A stretch of 64,000 bases of DNA from Sarea resinae. Lineage: Eukaryota. Shown piece by piece: positions 53,225 through 64,000 of the stretch. Within the stretch, counting starts at the first letter, position 1, and each line of letters opens with the position of its first letter. Made by a program: the position numbers and the translations under genes. The stretch is taken from NCBI GenBank assembly GCA_026026165.1, contig JAPEUD010000012.1, forward strand, positions 310,001-374,000. The letters run 5' to 3'. Under the pieces are notes generated by a model. It was not told the origin of the DNA. It ran no database searches and saw nothing but the letters and a program-made list of their open reading frames with translations.

Positions 53225-56200
53225 TCAAACCAAAACCCACTCGCTGCCCCTCTTGATGAATTTATCTAGCATGAGCCCCACGTCCGCTAGCACGAACCGA
53301 CAAATATAAAAGGCAAAGAACTCGGCCGCGTGGCGCGTACTGAGCTCCAGTCCCACGTGCGTAGGGCTCGAGTGCTTGAGACCTGGGTCCTCAACCTGGC
53401 GCGCGATTTGATCTGCAGAGAGTCACGAGAATCCGTCAGCCAACCGAGTCATAAAGAGAGCAAAAAAGTCACAGAAAACGTACCCAAAACCTGAGCAGCG
53501 TCAAAAAGCCGCGCCAGCGAATTCATGTAGTGAGCATTCGGACCCGTACACTGCAAGCGACTGATATCACGCTTGGCGAACTTGATGTTTGGTAATGAAG
53601 TCATAGGTACGGTTTTCATAGACGGCGCCTCCTTGTTGACCCCCTCCTTCGGCCCCACAGCAGCAGCGGTAAACCCGCCGGAATTCTTAGACCGGAGCTT
53701 GCGCCAGGTAGACAGATAACTCCGACTGGACGAGGCATTTGCCGCCTTCGCGATAGCTTCACCATTGGGACCCAAGTCGCCGACGCCGGAATGGCCCGCA
53801 TCCTTGAACAACGCAGCACAGCCCTGGACGCCGACTTCATGGCCGAGTTTGCGGGACAAATTGGATTGAATTTGGTCGAGGACGAGTTCGAGGGCTTGCA
53901 TTTCTTCAAGCACAGCGTCGGCGTCGTTACTATCGACTCGGTTTAATTTTAGCAATGCTGCAGTGAGCAGGTCGCAGTTTGAGACTTTCTCCTCGACGGC
54001 TTTTAGCTTGACGTTCTTAACGTGCCAGACATCCGAAGGAACGAATAATTTTGTCGATAGATAGCCGCCTCTTGGATGAGCGATGGTCTGGAAGAAGCAT
54101 CGCATCAGCCAGAAGGGGCGCAATAGAGCCGACTCTGGACATGGTTCGAGGGGAATAGGAGCGTTGGCTGCGAGTGGATTGGGTGATCCAGGACTGTTTG
54201 GAGAATGGATGTCGCCATCAAATAGACACATGCCCCCGATGGGAAGACTGTTAACTGTGACAGTTGGGCCCGCTGTGATTGGCAGTGATGGTAAAGAAGG
54301 CTGATGTAGTCTGCGATACCCGGATCCTGCGGAGAATGTTGAACCACTCACCGGGGTGCCAGGAGAAACATCGGATATATCTGGGCTCGAAACAGATAGG
54401 TTCCGATTCCGTAAGTTGGTTGAAGAGTAATTCTGCCGTAGACTGCCGAGAGGCACCGGAGCCTTCCCAATGATTCTACCAGGCGAGTCCGAGGGTATCA
54501 GCGGCGGCGTGGCATTTTCACTTTCCCGAGAAAGCGTGTGTGAGAGAGGGGATGTCATCGTCGAGCTGGACACCGTGTCCGCTGGACTTGGTCCCGGTAA
54601 CGGTGAAGAGGCCTGCCGTTGGACGGTAAGACCCGGCAGTGCTGCCATTGGCCTGAGCACTGGACCAGAGTCCGGGCGTTCTTCTGGAATGGCAGATGCA
54701 GTCTTCGGAGGTGCCATAACATCGTGACTGGGGATGCTCGGGGGAGGCATCGACGGCGGTTGAGTCAAGGGTGCCTGAGCCCCTGGAGGGAGTTTCGTAG
54801 ACGTCTCAATTTTCAATTGCTTCAGATTCTGGCCAGAGAGCCTTCTGTTGCGCACGGTTTGTATCTGACCTACACCAGATATCGGAGGTTTAGGAGGAGC
54901 AGCAGTCGGCGGTGGACGGTGCGGTTCTGAAGACGACATTGGCGGGGCGGGAAGCGCGGACAATGGCGCTGGAAAAGGAGGTGGAGATCGGGGTTGGTGT
55001 TCCTGGGGGAGAGACGGGAGAACAGGCGTTTCGACCACGGCAGACAGAGAAGTTCCTGCCGTCGTGGGATATGAGCCACTTGAGCTTCCCCATGTCCGGC
55101 CGGAGAAGCCACTCGAATCTGACTGACGAGGTAAGGCGGATTTTGATTGCATATCATACTCAAAATCCTCAACGGCATAGCCCTTAGTCATCTCCTCTAG
55201 TAGCCGCTCCTCTTCCTCCGCCTCGTCTTCACCATATTCCAACTCAATGCTGTCTCTCGGGTTCCTACCGGCCGCTCGATCCTGGATCCATCTCTTCTCT
55301 CTGTCCTTTGTCAGCTGCAGAGCTGCTTCTCTTTCGGCCTCCCGCACTCGTTGCTTAGCTAATTCGACATTCCTTCTGGCATTAATCATCACATCATCGT
55401 CGGCAGGGCCAACCATCCTCTCTTCGGGCTCGAATCCATCATCGTATGCGGCTTCTACAGCAGCGTCGAGGGCAGCGTCAAACTCGGCCTCAGTCGCCCC
55501 ACTGGCTGCTCGTATGCGCTTTCGCCGAACGCCAGCGCCCGAGGACCGTGAGTGAACAGACGACGCTGATGAGGACCCTCCAGATTCGTCAATGGTATCC
55601 AGCCATGAGGTTGATTCGTTACTGTCCAGCCGTGGGCGCTGGGTGTGCTTGCTCTGCTGAGGTGGGCTTCTCAATTCGGGCGGAGATGGAGATCGAAGTT
55701 GAGAGACCTCAAATGGCCGAGGAGAGGATGGTCGGCGCGGCGACAGAGGCGGTGGTATATAGTCCAGATCCATCGGAGGCGCGAGACGAGACGGCGCCTG
55801 ATCCGCCCGTTCCTGGTAAGGAGACCTCGACCACGCTCGCGGCTCGAGACGGAATTGGCTCTCGCGTGGAGAAAGCATCTCGTCAATTTCGTCGAAGGGA
55901 GATGGAAGTAGTTGTTCTCTTTGTGTGGATGTTGGTGCGGGTGGCAATGGTAGATGTTCGCGCGAAGGATTCGACTGATCATGTACAATTCGAGTAACCG
56001 TTGCCGTCTCGATAATGGCCCCTCCATCATCTTCCAGAGATAGATCCGAGTCTCGAGCTTGGAATCCGTCACTCTCTGGCCTCGCAGGTAATGCCTTTCC
56101 CTCGGCTGTCTGGTATGTCGGATCCAGATTCCTCAATTCACCGATGCGGCTGGTATATGTATTTCGCTAGAATCGCATGTTAGCAAGAATTTCATCTTTG

Positions 56201-57424
56201 ACCATAGACCTTCCTTACTATGGCTTCCAATTTGCGCCTGTCATCTTCTCCCGAGCTTCGCGCCATGACCTGCTGCAATAGAGAGCAAGCATCTTCATAT
56301 GCTTCGATAGCCCCCTCGAAGTTCTCTGCATTGTCCAGAAGTACGGCCGTGTTGGCCTTTTGCAGAGCTTTGGAAAGCATGGCTTTCTGAGATGCGTTCC
56401 TGTTTTTGCGACCCCTATCTGAATCTCGGTCTCGGCTAACGCTAGAGGATGCAGTGCTGATTTCAGTATCACCACTGCCTTTGAGACTCTCGTCTCTGTT
56501 CCGCGAATGACCCCTTCGTGCTGCCGGCTGCCTCCCCTTTCCCGACGATTCCGGTTCACGACCGGACCGAGAGAGAGGACCCAAAGCCTGATCAGACGAC
56601 GCTACCGATCTGAGGCGACGGGCATCTGCCTTTTGAATACCAGCATCCACGACTTTTGGCCGACCAAGTGGGGAACGAGCGGGGACTGTCCGCTGGGGTG
56701 ACGATCTCGGTTTCTGCGGAGATCGATTATTCCATCGATCCCCAAAGTATTCCGAATTGGCAGAAGTCGATGGCGTGGATGCGCCGAGGGTTGAAGGTGT
56801 CGCAGTGGTGGCGGTCAGAGGTGAGGAGCGGGCATGGCTGACCGCCTGCGAGAGTGGTTCAAGGGTTTGAATCGGAGGAATGATCTTCGGGCCCTGGCTT
56901 GGCCTTCGCGGCGAGATCGCCGCCGTTGGTGGAATTCTCGAGGGGATTTCGCTTGGTGCTGGCCTGCTCGGAGGAGCTGGTCTCCTAGGAGGGGAATGTG
57001 ATGCCCGGAGACTTCCAAAGGAGCCAAATGCGCTCGTACCACTGAGACTCAATCTTCCGGAGAAACTGCTCCCTCGGCGATGGCCCGCCGACGACTTGCT
57101 CGAAGTCGTGGACTGCGACCAACGGTTCAGGGTGCCGACGCCTTCGGTGATGCCACCAACACTATTGCTTCCTCGCGTATGACTCGAACTCGATCGTCGT
57201 CGGGGCGAGGTGGGTGGACTGGCTCTCTTCCTCAACTTGGCCGGTCCTGCATGTGGTTCGGCGGGACTCTGGGCCCGCAATGGCGTCGCGGTCGGGCGGG
57301 GACTCAGTCCTGGGGTCAGCGATGCGGCAAGCTGGACGGTGACGACGGAAGAGGACGAGGCAGAGTGGGATCGGGAAGAGCGCCGCCGACTCGAGTGCTC
57401 GCTCGCTATGGGGGAGGTTAACAT
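53225..57424 (-). CDS. Fungal MIT-domain protein; exons 57424-56219, 56166-53484, 53412-53225
   Basis: MIT helix bundle SQKAMLSKALQKANTAVLLDNAENFEGAIEAYEDACSLL..RRKLEAI|RNTYTSRI; C-terminal PLEPCPES.LLRPFWLMR..HPRGGYLSTKLFVP and ARLFDAAQVL|DQIARQVEDPGLKHSS..KRGSEWVLV*. Confidence 0.88.
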
Positions 57425-59074
57425 GGTGTGGAACGAGAAGGGTCGTCTCGCCGGTCGCTTGCGACTACCGTCGGCTCAGGGGTGTAGTGTAACTCAGACC
57501 GCCCAATCGAAGGATGTGCTGCAATGGACTGCGCATGTGTGCGACCGCGCAGCCAGTCGTGCCTGACTCTGGAGGGCGGACAGCGTGTCGAGCAGGAACA
57601 GAAGATTCTGGCGATGATGTGTATGACGATGCTTCGACAGGAATGAAGCTGTGCGTGTGTGTGCAGATTGATGTATTGAGGTACGAGGGAGTCGAAAGAA
57701 CGAGGAAGTGGCAGGTGCGGTGCGAGGTGTCCCGATCGGGAAGTCGTCCGAGCTCCAGCTGTGTTTTGGCTCGTCCGAGGGTCCCAGCAGGGTCTCTGTA
57801 GGTATCTCTCTCCCTCCCTATCCGCCGTGACTCGGCTCTATCACACTGGACGGCGACGGTCGGCACGGGAGATGGGGAATCTGGCCTGCAGCTCGAGAGC
57901 ACACGACGCCCATGATTACAGAGGAGATGCCCCACGGTGTCCAGCAGTCTTCGAGTCATTGATACTCGTGGAGGCTGTTGCTACTGGCATCGATCAGGCA
58001 TGATTACATAGTTGACGACCCTACGTGCCCCTTGATGGACAAGGGACGATACATCAACATGTACGAAGTACCTGGGTAGGCAGTAGGCACGTTCCACGTG
58101 ATGCGAGAGTCGCCATGGCGTGCATCGATGATGGTGATGGTGATGGCGATGATGATGATGCCCATGATGACATTTGACATGGCCATCTCCCTGCGCCCTT
58201 GGCCGGCGGCAGAATGGTGATGAAGCCGTTATTGGAGGGTCATCCTAGATTGGGTGGCGGGTGTCAAGTGTCTCCATCCAGGTCCACTCCCGCCCACCTG
58301 GGCCATGCCGCCCTTTCTGGCCCCTTTCTGGCCCGGGTCATCGCCCTTGCCACGGTGCAGAGGGAAGAATCACGACGGGCAGAGTACGGAGACGAGTGCC
58401 ATTGATCGAGTCAGGAGGGTGATGGCTTCTCGTGTTCCAGGGCGTCCACGGTGTCAGGTTGGATGTCTCTTCTCGGTGTTTACGGAACGCTACATCGTAC
58501 CTTGCACGCCGGGTAGCATCATGTGGGTTTCCGTACCGTGGTGGAAACCTGTCCCATGCCATCTCACCTCTTCCCTCATTCTCGCCTCGTGCTTCTTTGT
58601 TTCGATCGATCTACTCGGGTAATGCGTACCGGAGGTCATTCTCTCAAGCAGCTGGAGGCGTCGTCCGAGGGCGGTGATATGGTGAGCAGGAATCTCATTG
58701 CCCTCCAGGTGATGGTCCCCCCAGATCGAGTACGATGTACCGTACGGAGTATGGGTACTCGGAGTACTCCAGCTATCTTCGACGTGGAGCCCTCGCCCAA
58801 TCAGATGTGCGCCCGCCAAAGCGGTGAGCGCATCAGCCATTCCAAGGCTGGCTGCTGAGTCAATCGTGTCGATCCGCCCAGTGACGCTCGGTGAATTCAT
58901 GTCACCGTGCTCTAGGCTGGCTCGCCGCTCGACCTTTGCGGATAGCTGCTACTTCATCTTCTTCATGCCTACGGAGCGGCGCATATCCTATAAGAGCGTC
59001 GTCGCCGATTGAAGTCTTTGCCTTTGGATCGTCGAATATATGCACACAGAGACGGCCCATCGTTGTACATAGTC

Positions 59075-62000
59075 ATGGCTTCAAGAGGGGAGCGGGGCAT
59101 TCGCATTGCAATAGACGTGAGCAGATCTCCAGATGCCACATTCGCTGCCGGAAGCTGACAGAGACCGGACAGCGTGGTGGCACCTTTACGGATTGTGTCG
59201 GGAATCCTGGAACGGGACGCATGGAAGATGACATTTTGATCAAACTCCTCTCCGAAGACCCATCGAATTACAAAGATGCTCCCTTGGAAGGAATACGGCG
59301 GCTCTTGTCCAAGTTCACGGGCAAGGAGATCCCTCGTGGCGATGCTCTCGATACCTCGATGATTGAGAGCATACGTATGGGCACGACCGTGGCAACAAAT
59401 GCCCTACTGGAGCGAAAGGGCGAGAGGATAGCAATGGTGGTGACCAAGGGTTTCAAGGACTGCTTGGAGATCGGCAATCAGGCACGGCCGAAGATTTTTG
59501 ACTTGGCCATCCACAAACCAGAGGTCTTATATGAAAAGGTCGTCGAGATTGATGAACGGGTGACACTGGAAGACTATGCTGAGGATCCCGAGAGGACCCA
59601 GACGAAGACGGAACCGAGGGACAAGGCTGCAGCAGATGCCGACTTGGTGCGAGGTCTTTCGTCCGAAGCAGTGCGCATTCTACAAAGGCCTTCGGAGGAG
59701 AAGATCAGGGCACAACTCAAGAGTCTGCATGATGAAGGATTCAAAAGTGTAGCTGTCTGTCTGATGCATGGATATACCTTTCCCGGCCACGAGGCTCTTG
59801 TCGGCAAGTTGGCCAAGGAGATTGGTTTCGAGCATGTCAGCCTGAGCCATGAGTTGATGCCCATGATCAAACTCGTTCCTCGCGCCACCTCCGCCTGTGC
59901 AGACGCATATCTGACCCCCGCCATTAAGAAATATATAGCTGGGTTTGAAGCTGGATTCGAAGGTGGACTCGGTACTGCCAGCGTCAAGAAGGAGGAGGGT
60001 GCCAAGGGAGCCAGATGCGAATTCATGCAATCAGATGGAGGATTGGTCGACGTGGGACAGTTTTCTGGCTTACGTGCCATCCTGTCCGGCCCAGCTGGCG
60101 GAGTGGTGGGATATGCGTTGACTTCGTACGATCCGAAGACGAAGACGCCGGTCATTGGATTTGACATGGGTGGTACCAGCACAGATGTAAGCCGATATGG
60201 CTCCGGGAGATATGAGCACGTCTTTGAGACCACCACTGCAGGCGTGACGATCCAGTCACCTCAACTGGATATCAACACGGTAGCCGCAGGTGGAGGATCT
60301 CGACTCTTCTTCCGCAACGGTCTCTTTGTTGTCGGTCCAGAATCTGCTGGGGCTCATCCAGGTCCTGCCTGCTACAGGAAGGGCGGCCCCCTGACCGTGA
60401 CGGATGCGAACTTGTTCCTTGGTCGGCTGCTGCCAGATTTCTTCCCCAAGATCTTTGGCAAGAGCGAGAAGGAGGGCCTCGACGAGAGTGCTAGCGAGAA
60501 GCTTTTCCACGAGCTCACAGAGAAGATCAACGAAGAGATTGCCGGAACCGATGAAAAGAAAAAAATGAGCGCAGACGAAGTGGCATACGGGTTCATTAAA
60601 ATCGCAAATGAGACCATGACCCGCCCGATTCGGTCACTCACAGAGGCCAAAGGCCATGATACGTCTAAACATCGACTTGCAACATTTGGCGGCGCTGGTG
60701 GCCAACATGCGGTTGCGATCGCAGAAAGCTTGGGAATATCACAGATCTTGGTCCATCGATATTCCTCCGTACTTTCGGCCTACGGGATGGCACTGGCAGA
60801 CGTCGTGGACGAGCGACAGGTTCCAGAATCAAAAATTTGGTCAGGTGATGCAAGTGCGAAAGAGGAATTAAAAGCGAAAATGGAGGAGCTCAAAGAGAAG
60901 TCGACGGCCACGCTTCGCGATCAAGGGTTTCCTGATGATAAAATAGTCTTTGAAGAATATCTTAACATGCGCTATCGCGGCACCGAGTCTGCCCTTATGA
61001 TCGTCAAGCCAGACCCAGACGAGGCAAAAAACGACTATGGTGGAGATGACTGGGCCTTTGGGAAAGCATTTGTCAGACAGCACGAGCAGGAATTTGGATT
61101 TACTTTACCCGATAGAGACATCATTGTCGATGACGTCCGGTCAAGAGGTATTGGAAAGAGCTTCGAAGGGATGGAAAAGACCGTTGATGATCAATTGAAA
61201 GAAATTCGCCCCAAGGATCTCAAGAATGGAGAAAAGATATATTCGAAAGGCAAGGCGTATTTCGAGGGTGGAAGGCTTGAGACGCCAGTTTATAAACTCG
61301 AAGATCTCGAGGTTGGAGACCGAATGCATGGCCCGGCGATCATTGCGGATGGCACCCAAACTATAGTTGTTACGCCTGGCGCAACGGCAACGCTGATCAA
61401 CACACACGTAGTCATCAACATCGGTGAAGGCGAAGGCCAAGATAAAAAGCTAAATTCGAAGGAGGTGGATCCGATCATGCTGAGTATCTTTGCTCATCGA
61501 TTCATGGCTATCGCCGAGCAAATGGGGCGAGCGTTGCAGAAAACAAGCGTCAGTACAAATGTTAAAGAACGACTAGATTATTCCTGTGCTCTTTTCGACG
61601 CCGAGGGGGGACTTGTTGCAAATGGTAAGAATTCGTCTGCTGGCCTTAGTTTTCTTGCTAACCTTCTTAGCCCCGCATCTTCCTGTTCACCTTGGAAGCA
61701 TGTCAACGTGTGTTCGCACTCAGGCAAAGATATGGAAAGGGATATTAAAGAGGGGCGATGTTCTAGTCTCCAACCATCCAGAATTTGGAGGGACCCATCT
61801 CCCAGACATTACAGTAATCACGCCAGCTTTTAGTGGCGACAACATCATCTTTTACGTCGCAGCCAGGGCACATCATGCAGACATCGGTGGTATCCTTCCC
61901 GGCTCGATGCCCCCTCATTCTCGAGAACTTTACCAGGAGGGTGCGGCGATCAAATCGGAGAAGCTTGTTTCTGAGGGACACTTTAACGAGGAACGGGTCA

Positions 62001-63476
62001 TAGAGCTTCTGCACAAGGAGCCGGCACAGTACCCTGGATGCAGCGGCACTCGATGTCTGGCTGACAACCTCAATGACCTCAAGGCACAGGTTGCGGCCAA
62101 TCAAAAGGGAATTAATCTGATTAGCACCCTGATCGAGGATTATGGCGAGGAAGTTGTGCAATTCTATATGACCAGCATCCAGCAAAATGCCGAACTGAGT
62201 GTCAGAAACTTACTGAAAGACGTGAGCAAAAGATTCGAGGGCCAGGACCTTTCGGCGATTGATTTCATGGACGATGGCAGTCCTATCCAGTTGAAAATTA
62301 CAATTGATGCGGACAAGGGCGAGGCCATCTTTGATTTCGAGGGCACCGGACCTGAAGTCTATGGTTTGTCTTGATTCTCACCCGGCATGCTCCTTTTTTT
62401 CTAATTCTGCTAGGCAACATCAACGCTCCAGAGGCTGTCACCTACTCGGCCATCATCTACTGCCTACGTTGTCTGATCTCGGAAGATATACCGCTTAACC
62501 AAGGCTGTCTCAAGCCCATCGATGTCCGGATCCCCAAGAAGTCCTTCCTCTCTCCATCCGATAAGGCCGCCGTCGTAGGCGGTAACGTATTGACTGTGAG
62601 TCTCCCATACCATTTTCAACCCCAGCCACACCGCAGCCACGCATGCTGACAATCCCAACCCGCCACTAGAGCCAACGTGTAACGGATGTAATCCTCCGAG
62701 CCTTCAACGCCTGCGCCGCCTCGCAAGGCGACTGCAACAACCTGACGTTCGGATTCGGCGGCAAGTCGAGCGACTCGGAGTCGGAAGAAGAGATCCGCGG
62801 CTTCGGCTACTACGAGACGATCGCGGGCGGGTCGGGCGCGGGCCCGACCTGGGCCGGGGCCCACGGCGTCCACACGCACATGACCAACACGCGCATCACC
62901 GACGCCGAGGTCTTCGAGCGCCGCTACCCCGTCGTGCTCCGCCGCTTCTCGCTGCGGCCCGGCAGCGGCGGCCGCGGCACCCACCCCGGCGGCATGGGCG
63001 TCGTCCGCGATATCGAGTTCCGCCGCGACGTGCAGGTGTCGATCCTCAGCGAACGGCGCGTGTTCCGGCCGTATGGACTCGAGGGTGGCGGAGACGGCGA
63101 GGTCGGCGTGAATCTTTGGGCTCGGAAGGTCAAGTCTTCTACTTCTGCTGGTGAAGGTGGTGGCGTCAAGAAAGCCGGAGACGGAGACGAGTTCCGTCTG
63201 ATCAATCTGGGCGGCAAGAACACGGCTGCCATGGTCTGCGGCGAGCGCATCATCGTCATGACGCCCGGCGGAGGCGGCTGGGGCCATCCCGATGATGACG
63301 ACGACGACGATGACGACGATGCCGATACTGAAGGCGAGGGCGAGAGAAAAGACACAGACGCCATGAAAGCTAAGAACAAGAAGAGTAGCGCCAGGATAGA
63401 ACGACCGCGGGATCCACGACTCGCGTGGCGCGGTGGCAGCTTGGCGAGTCGTGTCTTTATGCAGGAGACGAACTGA
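59075..63476 (+). CDS. OXP1: 5-oxoprolinase (ATP-hydrolysing; hydantoinase A+B fusion); introns 59117-59172, 61625-61670, 62364-62413, 62596-62669
   Basis: [102 protein letters not shown]. Confidence 0.96.
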
Positions 63477-63541
63477 TGTGATTTGATTTGATCGACTGGA
63501 TCGGACTGGAATGGACTGGACTGGGTTGTATCCGTCCAATT

Positions 63542-63566
63542 GGATGGGATGGGATGGGATGGGATG
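63542..63566. repeat. (GGATG)5 pentanucleotide repeat downstream of OXP1
   Basis: Direct read. Confidence 0.9.
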
Positions 63567-64000
63567 CTCGTTGGAGAGAAAGAGGTGGGAGGGGGATTTG
63601 CTTCTGGGTCGCAGGTCATCTACTTCAGGCTCTCTAGAATAGAAAAGCGCTATGGCATATTGAAATTCGAGCTCGAGTACAAGTGATGTTCACGTTTCAT
63701 GTGCATATCTATCTCATGGTCCAAGTCCGCGACAGTGACTGTGACGGTGACTGTATCTGTATCGTATCTGTCTGTTTCTACGTCAAAAGACTGTACTTAA
63801 TCTAATGTCATATAATTTAACGCAATATAACGTAAAGCAGTACAACTGTATCAGTATCGTGGATCTCGTATATTATTACAGACCGGAGGGTAAATGTAAT
63901 GTAGTCACTACCACATTTCCCTCCCCTATCCCCCCTATTCCCTATTACCTATCGCCTGTAGCCGATCCCCCTGTTCCATATCGCCCCTTTATGCCTTTCG

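Noticed and set aside
58891..59172. Long N-terminus of the 980-aa ORF (MNSCHRALGW..)
   Set aside because: Wrong frame before the intron; the real first exon is ATG 59075 [14 protein letters not shown], spliced to RGGTFTD
62616..63619. 307-aa and 231-aa antisense ORFs
   Set aside because: Shadow ORFs of the GC-rich OXP1 last exon
1..64000. CRISPR arrays, tRNA/rRNA genes, intact transposons, secondary-metabolite backbone genes
   Set aside because: None recognisable by eye; repeats are simple microsatellites. tRNAscan-SE and Infernal would be needed to exclude small RNAs

Overview
Intron-containing genomic DNA from a filamentous ascomycete (Pezizomycotina-type GT-AG introns with CTRAY-like branch points); no prokaryotic features. 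I can model 11 protein-coding genes: an intronless beta-lactamase-fold serine hydrolase (-), a DDHD phospholipase (+), GCN1 (-) head-to-head with a DHX29/DHX57-like DEAH helicase (+), the APSES regulator StuA (-) with about 11 kb of upstream DNA lacking a recognisable gene, a stand-alone BRCT protein (+), a multi-exon secreted Ser/Thr-rich protein whose later exons the ORF track misses (-), a PTH11-like GPCR (-), PC4/Sub1 (-), a MIT-domain protein (-) and 5-oxoprolinase (+). There is also a RIP-like AT-rich island and many microsatellites. The most interesting signal is the stuA leader: a stop-free, AUG-free in-frame extension with a CUG in strong Kozak context (predicted 127-aa N-terminal extension), preceded by an AUG-depleted leader with a 5'UTR intron and two weak-context uORFs. 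Exon boundaries were read by eye; family assignments come from recalled motifs, not database searches.
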